Assembly: GCA_013115125.1 (NCBI GenBank)
Contig: JABANN010000087.1
Span: 56,479 to 76,478, forward strand
From: Perkinsus olseni
Lineage: Eukaryota
DNA length: 20,000 bases
Direction of reading: 5' to 3'
In this document: one piece after another, positions 10,727 to 20,000 of the stretch
Layout of the letters: every line of letters starts with the position of its first letter
Numbering within the stretch: the first letter of the stretch is position 1
Notes under the pieces: generated by a model
Databases searched by the model: none
Seen by the model: only the letters and a program-made list of their open reading frames with translations
What the model was told of the DNA's origin: nothing
Position numbers and translations under genes: made by a program

Positions 10727-13700
10727 ATGACCTGTTCTCTAGCCGGGACGGCGACAGCCCTGCTGTTGGCGGTAAGCGGTGCTTCCGCACTTGAATTCCC
10801 CGAAGGGTAAGCCGGACGGGAGGTATCTTGAGGTCGACTGTGAAAGGTATCTTGAGGTTGCCCGTGGTCGACCAGACGCTTACTGAGCTTTTTCTTGAGG
10901 TTTGTTTGCAGGTATGATCCTCATGATTTTCCAGCGAAGATTGGTTGCACAGCCATCGGCGTCGATGCGGCCGGTACGGTGGAGGTGAGGATTCCGAATG
11001 CTAGAGGGAACCCTTCTATTTTTGATCGTTGCTTCCTCAGGGGACCGCAATGAGTGGGATGAACGCCGACTGCAGCTCATGCGATAACCGGATGGCTTAC
11101 GTCCCGCCTAAGACGTACCCTAACGACACTGTCCGACAAGTTTTTACCAACCCTGGTGCGTTCCCTCGAATGATCACCAGTGGCCGGGCCGAGTTGTACG
11201 AGCCCAAGTTTTACCCCGATTTCAAACCCTTCGAGCCCAAGGGCGAAATAGATCAGCCAGCGATGACTACCTATGGCTACTGGGAAAGCACCCTTCCTCT
11301 GATGAATGAGGCAGGTCTAGCTTTTGGCGAGTCTAGTTGCGGTGAGTGCTGACGTTCTCGGTGTCCCTCTGATGTCGATCGCTCAGCGTGTCAGGTACTA
11401 TGATGATCAATGAAGCGGAGGGGCCCGACTCCGCCTTGCTCGACATTGGCGAGCTCATGAAGATTGCTTTGGAGCGATGTGCAACCGCTAGATGCGCGGT
11501 GGAGCTGATGGGCCAACTCGTTGAGGACTACGGCTTCCTCATCCAGCCTTTCGAAGTCAGCTACGGTAATCATCCGAACCGTGTCAGGCCGGCTTTCCAT
11601 CGCTAGAACTCTCAGGTACGCAGGCTGGCGGTGTAGAGGCCTACGATGACGCTGGCGAGGCTCTGACCATTTCGGACTCTCTTGGCGAGACCTGGATTTT
11701 CCATGTTGCTGGTGGTGCCAAGAACGTCACCAAGTCGGTTTGGGCGGGCCAGAAGGTCCCTGCGGGCCAGATCGCCGTGATCTCTAATAACTTCATAATT
11801 GGTGATCTTCCCTTGGAACCCACTGATGATATCCTTTTCAACCCCAAGATTCGCGAGGCTGCTAAAGCAAAGGGTGAGCGCTGCTTAGCGTTGTGGCGAT
11901 ATGAATCTGTGGTATTTCGTCAGGTCTGTGGGACGGTGAGGAGCCTTTCAATTGGGACTACGTGGTTGGATTCGATGCCATGACCTTTCACTCCGGAGAG
12001 AAAGAACCCATTCCGGCCTACGGCGCTTTGAGGACCTGGCGTATCTACAACCTGGCCAACCCCAGTCTTGCGATTCCGTTCCAATTGGACGTCAGAAAGA
12101 TGCCTTTCTCGGTGCCCGTGGAGAAGAAGCTGTCCCATAGAGATTTTATGCAGTATTTCAGTAAGCAGGTCATAGCGGACGGCGGCTTGTGAAATGTGTC
12201 TATCGCGAGTGTCCGAGCATCGCTACGCCATGGCCATTCCATGGCTATGTCACATGAACATCGTTACCACATAATGTGATGAGGTTGTTTTGATTGATGT
12301 TTCCAACTCTAGCTGTATCTATAATGTATCTCTAGCTGTATCGAAGGTTGAACCGAGAAATCGCTCAGTCTCGAATAACGGAGTCGCTAGGTATTGTGAT
12401 CCCTTCCAGGTGACTACTACGCGGGAACCGAGTTCGACCTGTCTCAAGGAATGCTGGCTGGCCCTTGGGGTACCCCATATCGTCTAGAGGGCGGGGAAGC
12501 CTTCTTCGGTCAAATCCCTCGAGGAATCTCCATTCCAAGGACAAGTTACTCCTTCTTCGGACAGCCTAAGTCGAACGTGAAGGATTCAGTTGGATGGTGA
12601 GGGCGATCAGTTCTCGCATTGCCTTATGTCTTAATGGTGGCTCTCCAGGTTTGCCGTTGACCAGCCAATGACCAGTGTTTACTTGCCTTTCCGTGCCGAC
12701 ACGGACTGGAAGGGCGTCGATAAGTCTTACAAGAGGGGATTGCTGCTCGAGTTCGACGACAAGTCGGCCTTCTGGGCTTTCCAGTTTGTTAGTAATTGGT
12801 TGAACATGAACTTCAAGAATATGAGCGAGCAGGTGAGCTCTTTGCGACAGGTTTCTTTTGCGGAGGTTATAGTATATGATAAACCGGTTTGGCGCGACAT
12901 CTTGATACAGCTCGTGCATGGCTGTGGTGGGCCGTAGAAGGAGTGCTGGGCAGTGTGGGGATGTCGTTACTCTTGGTTTGCTCATTTTTTGACATGAATT
13001 GTGCCGATGCTTTTCATTAGTCTTCCTTGTATTTGACGTATGTTCGCATTGTTGTGGTACGTGTATTTGTTTGCTATCTCTCCTAGGTGGTCTTCCCTAT
13101 GCGCCAGAAAATGCAGGATTTGGTAGACGTGGAACTGGCTAAGATGGACGAACTAGCTGCGAATAACGCAACTAAAAAGGGTATGTTCCGTACAGTGGAT
13201 AATCAATCGCGGAGCTCCGGTCGTCTATTCAGTTGAGAAGGCTCAGCGTAAGCTGCAGAAGCATGTTGTTGATGAGTGGTGGTCCATGGGGAAGAAGTTG
13301 ATCGCTATGTATAATGATGGTTACTACAACAGACTCCCCACTAAGGACACGGAACCTGCCCTTGGCGTCACTTTCGGAGTTCCCAATTGGTAAGGGTGGC
13401 GGTCCACTTCTCCGGCGCGATTTATCTTTAACAGGACTCGAGTTGGGGAGAATTTTTTTTCGTCGTTTCCTTCCGCTCTTTCACATCTACCTGCTGGTGT
13501 GGTGGCGTTCTGTGATAGTGCTGTTCAGGTACGCCCATATGATTGGCTTCACCAATGATATTCATCCGATTTGGGTATCCCCGGCTGAGAGGCCCATCAA
13601 TCAGCAGTCAACCCCTCCAGGATATGTCGAACCGAAGTACACAATTCCCAGGGTAAGTACAGCGGCGCGGAGGAGCGAATGGGATTAGTTGAGTCCGATC

Positions 13701-14244
13701 GATCGTTCAGAGGCCTTTCGCTTTTTGAGGTATCTTTTTTCGAATCAGGCTTTCAATAAGGAGACAAGCGAGTGGGGCTGCACAGATGTGGAATCCATTG
13801 CGCTCGACGGCGGAGACAACGAAAGCATGGGCCAATGTGCCGATCTTGATATTGTTCAGGCTTTACAAAAAACGAAGAAGGAAGTTCTCAAGAGAACGGT
13901 GTCGGGTAGGTTTTCCTGCCGTTGAGGAATTGCAAGTGGGCAAGATTGTGTTATCTCTTCAGCTGAGCCACTCGTTCTTAAATCGGTATCGGGTATGAGC
14001 TCTTCTGCATCCGCTACAGCACTTGGTGGGGATTTGGTTACTCCTGGTAGCGGCAGTTCGTGGAAGAGAGATGTAGGTCTTTTCATCAACTGATGGTCGC
14101 CCCGTCGAACACTTCCGTTGTTAGGTTCTGATCGGTACCTTGTTCACTGTTGTTGGAGTGGCTGCGGGGATGTATGTAGAGAATAGGAGAGCTGCCAAGA
14201 GAGGGCTTGCTGCCAATGATCATTTGCGAGCGCCGCTGATTTGA
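10727..14244 (+). CDS. Peptidase family C69 (dipeptidase A/secernin-like, Ntn cysteine hydrolase) with signal peptide and C-terminal transmembrane anchor; multi-exon
   Basis: Exon 1 (10727-10806) encodes a signal peptide MTCSLAGTATALLLAVSGASA. Exon 2 (from 10912) gives G/CTAIGVDAAG, the putative N-terminal nucleophile Cys. Family motifs follow: MNEAGLAFGESSC, ELMKIALERCATARCAVELMGQLVEDYGF, GEALTISDSLGETWIFHV, VWAGQKVPAGQIAVISNNFII, LRTWRIY, PFSVPVEKKLS, DYYAGTEFDLSQGMLAGPWGTP, IPRGISIPRT, SVYLPF, SAFWAFQFVSNW, VVDEWWSMGKKLIAMYNDGY. The last exon 14125-14244 is VLIGTLFTVVGVAAGMYVENRRAAKRGLAANDHLRAPLI*. Junctions between 13653 and 13962 are uncertain. Confidence 0.88.
10821..10902 (+). repeat. 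Short intronic direct repeat AGGTATCTTGAGGT x2 (24-bp period) plus a partial third copy
   Basis: Exact 14-mer at 10821-10834 and 10845-10858, and TCTTGAGGTT at 10893-10902, all within intron 1 of the C69 gene. Confidence 0.75.
12307..12342 (+). repeat. Short intronic direct repeat CTCTAGCTGTATC x2 (23-bp period)
   Basis: Exact 13-mer at 12307-12319 and 12330-12342 within a C69 gene intron. Confidence 0.7.
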
Positions 14245-14539
14245 ACAGGTCATCCTTGTGTTTAGCTTACACGAACCCCTGACCCCGCCTTTGGCTTCGA
14301 GAACGCCCTGGGCGGCGGTTGGGGGAACTATACTGGGCATTTTTTACTGAAGTTTCCAACACTATCGTTTATGCTTTCGTTGTCAATCATGAAAACTGGT
14401 GCCGGAGCTAAACGTCTCGTGTTTACTTAAATGAGACCAGTGTCATTTCTGGGCGGAAATGTGGTTGAACCAGCGAAGCACCGAGGCTCGGTGGCATTCG
14501 ATTCTTCCCAGGAGTAGAATCTGCTCTGAGTGGCGAGTC

Positions 14540-15814
14540 ATGGGTATATCTCAGTCTTTGTGGAGGGCCTCTGGCGAGTTCTGTTGATAAGACTTAACGA
14601 GGCTCAGAACGACGCGCGAGTTTCCTGATGGTGCGCCCATCGCTTTGGATTCATTGAAGGCACCATCGTCCAGTTCCAATCTCAGCTTTGGTCGGACCGC
14701 ACTCGAGAAATTCCATCGGTTCTCCGGAGAGTTACGGTTGTTTTCGGTAGATGATGCAACCAGTAGTTAATTAACATTATACTCATGCGAGTCCGTCCCA
14801 ACTCCTCTCCATCCCACCGAAGGACTCCATGGCTTGGAGACCCGATTCTGAATCCGTTGGCGGTCACAGAAGCAGCAGGGATGGCGCAGTTAGGGTATTA
14901 TGACAACATCAAGAAATCAAGGAGCCCGCTCGGAGCAGTCGCGAAGGGGCGAGATTTTCAACTTAGTGGAGCCGGGATCGCGCAACGGAAAATAGTTGAG
15001 GTGAGCTGTGACATCAGTCGTCGCCTATTTTATTTTTGTCCGTGATGTTCCGCGGAGTGAAAAACATCTCGCCATGTGACAGTCCCCTCCCGTTCATCAG
15101 GCTGAGGCATCCGCTCGGCGGAGGCGACGGCATCAGGGCTGTTACTCTGCATGCGGTGCGAGGAAACATGAAAGAACGGAGGCTAAAGACATGGGAGGGC
15201 GTCGGCGAGCGTCGCGGTATGGAGTCGCCGTAGTGAGTCGTTCAGCTTCCCTTTTTTCTTGATACAGGCCCCAAACAGCGCCCGACTCGTTGTTGAAGCG
15301 ACATCGAGAGTCGCCCATACAGGCTTTGCTTCCACAAGGATACTGGCCCCCCATTAATTCAACGGAGTGGCTCGACATCGCCACCGTGCACCCTTTCGAG
15401 ACTTGTCAGGTTGGTTCCCGAATGGACCTTCCCGTTCCTCAACTTTCGTCTGATCAGATGCTAATGCGAGCTCAAGCGCGTGGCGATACATATCGCGGCT
15501 TCCCTCCGAACCCCTTCGATTACCGAACGGTGGGTTATTGGACTCCCAGAGCGTCAATCGGGAGTGCCTGCTCGGGACGGCTTCCTGTCCTCACCCAGTA
15601 GACGCCGATAATGGTCAGGTCGCCACTGACGACGGAAAGTATCGCGGGGGTGTTTGTCGGCCAACTTGGGACAGGACCAACCCAGAGAGCGTTATTAACG
15701 TCAACTATCGACAAAAACGCCAACGCGGTGAGACCTGGGATGCATCGCCCCAGAACAGCGGATGATTGACGTCCACTCTTAAACGTTCTTCCTCAGATCG
15801 GAGGAGCCGCTTAG
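14540..15814 (+). CDS. Hypothetical multi-exon protein, no recognisable domain
   Basis: A chain of splice-bounded open segments: MGISQSLW (14540), TPWLGDPILNPLAVTEAAGMAQLGYYDN..KIVE (14823-15000), LLPQGYWPPINSTEWLDIATVHPFETCQ, MLMRAQARGDTYRGFPPNPFDYRT, TPIMVRSPL..IDKNANA, IGGAA* (15797-15814). The 3' exons join in phase 0. The 5' junctions could not be fully phased, so the start is tentative. Confidence 0.5.
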
Positions 15815-16480
15815 AAGGTCGCGCCGGTCGTTGGCCGTATCGGACAAATTAGAGCATTAGATGTAACCTGTTCAACTGATGTTAATACAAGCACACTCGA
15901 TTCCCTCCTGCTTTGAGTTCGGGGATGCTGTTGAGATAGCAGCGGCGCAGACTACTATGCCTCGCCACCCCAGAAACGTCGTGACTCCTCGACGACTCGG
16001 GTACAACTGCTGTTGTTCCATTCACCCGTCATATCGATTCGTCCCGAATGCGGTATTATACGCTTAACCATTGCGGATGAGTACCGAGCGATAGTAACTC
16101 AACGCGTTGTTAGCGAACCACGTGAAAGGCATCTTAAAGATGTTACAACCACCAACCACTGCTAAGAGAGCAGAAGGTGTCATAAGACAAGAAAAAGCCT
16201 TGTAGGCGACATTTATCTCCTCTGGCTCGCTCCTCTACCGAGAACTAAAGACCGAGCTTTAAAAGTAGCCTGCCATTTTCCATAGGACTGTTTTTTCGAA
16301 ACGACGATATGTACAAATCTATCAACTCCAGGGCGGAAGAGGTGTGGACGGATCCCTGGTACGTAGTTCTGTAGTTGACGTTGACTAAGACGAGCATAAT
16401 GATGGGGGACCTTGAGTACTATCAACAATGAAAAGGGAAAGATCGCTATCGCTCCAGCATGAGTGATAACAAGACAGTTA

Positions 16481-18039
16481 TCAAGATCGCTTCCCACGTC
16501 TCCGGGAGTAGGGTTGGACAGAAACACTCCTACCCCTTATCTGATGCCAAGACCGATACATCAGGCATTTGGCGTAGCTTTCGGGCGAGAGGAAGGTGCA
16601 GAAGCCGAAGCCTCGGGAAGCTCCAGTGATATTGTCCCTCTTCACTACGCAGTCGATAACGTCACCAAATTGCGAGAAATACACGAGTAGGTCTTCAGCT
16701 CGCGTTTGCGCATCGAGGCCACCAACAAAGACCTTATGCGACGGCACTTGTTTGCCTCCTGCGGATAATGACCCCAACCTCGCACGAGGGGAGCTGTTCA
16801 CGTTCGGTTCGCATTCACGAACAGTAGACCCTCCTGCTGGACCCGGCGGGATCAGGTTGTCTGTAACATCCAGAGCGTCATCCGTTCCCTCCGGAGCACA
16901 GAAATCCACCTGCTTGCCGTCTTCGTCAAACCATTTTGGTCTGTATTTTTCCGGCATCTTCACCACAGGAGAGTTCTTGTAGTGATTTCTGTTGGCCTGG
17001 GCACCTTGCACCCGTGCCCAGCACGCTGTCCATTCCACAGCGGGCGTGTTGAACCGATCAATACACTCGCGGGCCTTGGTAGGACTACGAAAATTGATGA
17101 AGCAATAGCCAGCATTCTGAAGGGTTCTGAAATTTATCGGCGAATAAAAGAAATCGATGCCCTGGCCCAGAATGAGCCCGTCAGGGACTAGCATAGTATC
17201 GATAATATCCTGCTGGGAGAGATAACGAGGGAAATGACGGATCATCACGGTGGTCTTCTCCTCATCATCTTCCACGGCAATCGCTTCCTCCAATTCAGTC
17301 TGGCGGGCATCCTCGTGCACAGAGAGGGGCCCGCCACCATACTGCTGGTTGGGGAAGTCGACAATTTCAGCGTTCACTATGTTGTCTCCGCACCCTAGAT
17401 CACCACTCAGTCTAGCCAGGTCCACCATGGCGGACGATGCAAACGCGGTTGCAGATGGCTCTTCTTCCTCGAACAGCTCCTCAGGGACCATGGAGTCGAA
17501 TACAGCGTCCAGTGGCGCGGACAGAAGATGCTGGGTCGGCTCAGCCTGGCGCTTCTCTGTCCATGAGCCGGCGGCCGCTGTGATCCAGTGATGATCTGCA
17601 AACCTATGTTTGCGCTCCGGGTCGTGGACATCGGGCTCAGAAGATACTCGGATCAACCCGGACGAACTGAAAGACGACACGATAACCGAGGTCAGTACAC
17701 TACGGAACGGAACTTCTGCTGCGGCAGTCACTACCCATGCATAGTTCCGTTTTTCTCCACTTTATCCCTACTCCCACCAGGCTGTTGACGCCGCTCCGGC
17801 TCGAACTGGAGGAAGGTATCCCTAAGCGTGACTCGCACACCAAACCTTCTGCCGAGCCCGGTTATTCTGCCTCTCGGGGACGTTGGAGCCGACGCCGATA
17901 CCCGCGGCAGACATTTCTTGCCGCAGTTCAGGTCGGGAGATTTGTTAGACTCCTCCGAACAACAGAGCGTAGTGCAAGCGCTGGGGAGGAATACCGCTTG
18001 CGGGCGTTCAATAGCTTCTTTAGAAGTTTCGACTGACAT
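16481..18039 (-). CDS. Mei2-like RNA-binding protein (RRM3/RRM_2-type domain) with an additional C-terminal canonical RRM; probably 2 exons (18039-17778, 17730-16481), about 503 aa
   Basis: TTVMIRHFP..IDFFYSPINFRTLQNAGYCFINF..WARVQG..NHYKNSPV..KYRPKWF (~17254-16931) is the Mei2/TE1/AML RRM3 signature. KVFVGGL (RNP2) and SRGFGFCTF (RNP1) form a second RRM (~16735-16510). A 47-nt phase-1 GT-AG intron (17777-17731) links it to an upstream frame with VTLRDTFLQF, whose only ATG is 18039. Confidence 0.85.
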
Positions 18040-19150
18040 TGGTGGCGGGGCCACACCAGGTCGAAAATGGGAACTGCAAGGAGCCGGTCCGGTGCAGGCC
18101 CGCCAAGCATGAGGAAAAAACGAACAACGCGACACGAAATGGCCAAGGTAATCTACACACCATGTCACCTAACAAGAATGCCATGCCGAGTTCAGTGCTG
18201 CATTCGCTCTCACGAAGACAATTATCCTTCGAGGATATACCAAGGATCACCTTGGCAAAGTCGTGCAGCAGGCTGAGACCGGCCGCCCGGGCATCGGCCC
18301 ACCGGAGGTCTTTAGGAGCCTGGACGTTCATATAAGCGTCATCACTGGTTGACCAATAGGGATGGTAAGTTTTCATAATATTCTTTTGATGTCGTCTGTA
18401 TTTTCCCGGCGTAGAATTGACGTCGTCCAAAGCACCGAAGCGAACCTTCGACTTTATGGCTGCCCACAAGTCATACTGAGGTTGAAGCTTTGGCCCATCG
18501 ATCACCACACCCACAGCCTCGCCAGGAGAGAGTCTATCGAGAATACGCGGTACTTCAACCATCGCATCACCGTTGACCAATTCGATGCTAGGAGCGAGCT
18601 GGCGGAGGGCATGCTCAACTTCCGCAATGGGCTCGAACTCGACACTGAGGACATGAAAGCCGAGCTGGTGGTAGGCCAAAGCCGATGCACCTCCGCGTCG
18701 CCCGGATTCGATGATAGTGGTGACGCCCAAGGCCCTGGCTAGGGCAGCTACCGGCAGCAGTTTCAGAGGTGGTGTGTTCCCCCAGAGGCATGGAGAACCG
18801 GGTGAAGCGGGTTCATACTTGAAACCGTACGATGTGGTGACCTGGTCTCTGCTGCAGCCATCAGTCACGAACTTGAACTCGCCGTCGTAGAGATCAGATG
18901 CACTCGCATGGTCTGTGGCCACAATGTTGCGCATGAACACACCAAAACGATTGTTCTGATGCTTGTAGTCGGATTCCGCAGTACACATGTCGGCAAGCTG
19001 ATTACCGTAGCCGTGCTCTTCATGGTGGCTGCCGAGGGGCGACTGTTGATACCAAGGCGCCTTGAGGGTTAATCGGCCAACCAGGACTACGAGTAAGAAC
19101 CCCAGAAAGAGAGGCAGGAACCAGCGATTCGAAGGTGGCCCGATTGACAT
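18020..19150 (-). CDS. Type II membrane protein with class I SAM-dependent methyltransferase-like fold (Methyltransf_24-like)
   Basis: After the first ATG (19150, MSIGPPSNRW) comes one TM helix WFLPLFLGFLLVVLVG. Then motif I-like IIESGRRGGASA, an acidic end of strand 2 (VLSVEFEP), IELVNGDA and motif IV-like VVIDGPK..ALDD. The 3' end is ambiguous because an in-frame intron near 18160-18074 is possible. Confidence 0.7.
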   Translation of the reverse strand: MSIGPPSNRWFLPLFLGFLLVVLVGRLTLKAPWYQQSPLGSHHEEHGYGNQLADMCTAESDYKHQNNRFGVFMRNIVATDHASASDLYDGEFKFVTDGCSRDQVTTSYGFKYEPASPGSPCLWGNTPPLKLLPVAALARALGVTTIIESGRRGGASALAYHQLGFHVLSVEFEPIAEVEHALRQLAPSIELVNGDAMVEVPRILDRLSPGEAVGVVIDGPKLQPQYDLWAAIKSKVRFGALDDVNSTPGKYRRHQKNIMKTYHPYWSTSDDAYMNVQAPKDLRWADARAAGLSLLHDFAKVILGISSKDNCLRESECSTELGMAFLLGDMVCRLPWPFRVALFVFSSCLAGLHRTGSLQFPFSTWCGPATNVSRNF

Positions 19151-19358
19151 CCAGCGAGGAAAACAGACTAAGGTCGATGAAGGCTGCTGCACAGTGATTG
19201 ATGCCAAGAATAACTCGTCATTAACTCAAGGACCGGAGTCTGGAGCGGGAAAGCTACTTACATTGTGACGTCGGCCGTAGCGTGGCTTAAGATTAACTAG
19301 ATACAATGAGAAGCCTGATTGCGGCCTGCTCCAGCCGCTTAGTTGATGACGATTCGGC

Positions 19359-19945
19359 TCAAGGGCCGAAATTCTCGAAGCTGAAGTACGTGATGAATGC
19401 CGTCCGGCGTGCTCCAATACGGAAAAACGAGCAAAAAAATACAACGACCACAATAAGTATGTTGCCGCGCATAAGACCATCCTGCAGCCAAGAAATCACG
19501 TGAGTCCGCATCACATGATAGCCCGACAGCAAGCCTGCGAGCTTGGCTCTTAAGTACTTGGCATCGCAAGCAGCAGCAGCAACAATAATAATAACAATAA
19601 CAACGACACTTCGAAAGAAAATATGAGAAAATATACTACGCATTGCACGTGTGAATGAAAAGTGAAAAAATCCTGGTAAAGCCCCCGCTATCGGAGGCAT
19701 ACTGAAGAAGACGTTGTCAGAGCTAGACGAAAACACCCAGAATTATTTTCTGGCCTCAAGTAGTCTACCAACCAGGACAAAGGACGAAAACCATTATGAG
19801 ATGATGAAAGAAGAAGTGCAATGATACATCATAAAAAAGCCCCGGACTTCAATCCATGCGGACTTGCGGCAGGCTTCGACGATGATCTCCGCGTTTACGG
19901 CGAACGAAGGGTCGAACCGACACATTATACAGTGCTCCAAATAAT
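19359..19945 (-). CDS. Possible 3' exons of an upstream minus-strand gene entering from beyond the window
   Basis: Protein-like segments DYLEHCIMCRFDPSFAVNAEIIVEACRKSAWIE (~19945-19847), YLRAKLAGLLSGYHVMRTH and RTAFITYFSFENFGP* are separated by pyrimidine-rich, intron-like DNA. No family recognised and splicing not resolved. Confidence 0.25.
19570..19604 (+). repeat. Compound trinucleotide microsatellite (GCA)n/(AAC/AAT)n
   Basis: gcagcagcagcaacaataataataacaataacaac is seen directly. Confidence 0.7.
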
Positions 19946-20000
19946 CTTAGAATATTTCCAAAAAGAGCGATATCTCGGTAACAATCACGAATCAGAAGCT

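Noticed and set aside
10821..10902. Repeat-spacer-repeat pattern as a mini CRISPR array
   Set aside because: Only two full 14-bp copies with a 10-bp spacer, inside a spliceosomal intron, and no cas genes.
12276..12282. GTGATGA C-box suggesting an intronic C/D snoRNA
   Set aside because: No CTGA D-box or terminal stem downstream within the intron.
19004..19012. ACCGTAGCC, identical to the spliced-leader 5' end
   Set aside because: It lies antisense within the methyltransferase CDS (encodes G-Y-G), and the rest of the SL is absent.
1..20000. Functional gene cluster or novel multi-gene system
   Set aside because: The genes span unrelated functions (O-glycosylation, ribosome biogenesis, RNA helicase, peptidase, RNA binding, methylation) with mixed orientation. 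Nothing in the sequence links them beyond proximity.

Overview
Compact, intron-rich eukaryotic (protist) DNA. The short, mostly GT-AG introns with relaxed donor sequences, tight gene packing and gene content are most consistent with a Perkinsus-like alveolate (inference, not verified). Hand-splicing supports, left to right: (1) a minus-strand polypeptide GalNAc-transferase (GT27 + ricin lectin, 3' end off-window); (2) a divergently transcribed Nsa1/WDR74 60S-biogenesis WD40 gene; (3) an intronless 966-aa DEAH/RHA helicase with DHX9/Maleless-like signatures but no dsRBDs; (4) a tRNA T-arm-like fragment; (5) a membrane-anchored C69 (dipeptidase A/secernin family) Ntn-hydrolase with a LIMP-II-like RAPLI tail; (6) a spliced hypothetical gene; (7) a Mei2-like RRM3 protein with an extra C-terminal canonical RRM; (8) a type II membrane class I SAM-methyltransferase-like ORF whose end overlaps the likely Mei2-like start; (9) possible 3' exons of another minus-strand gene. 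No CRISPR array, transposase or complete RNA gene is evident, and I see no clear multi-gene novel system. The most notable items are the intronless DHX9-like helicase, the rearranged Mei2-like architecture, the gene overlap with candidate trans-splice acceptors, and the luminal methyltransferase.
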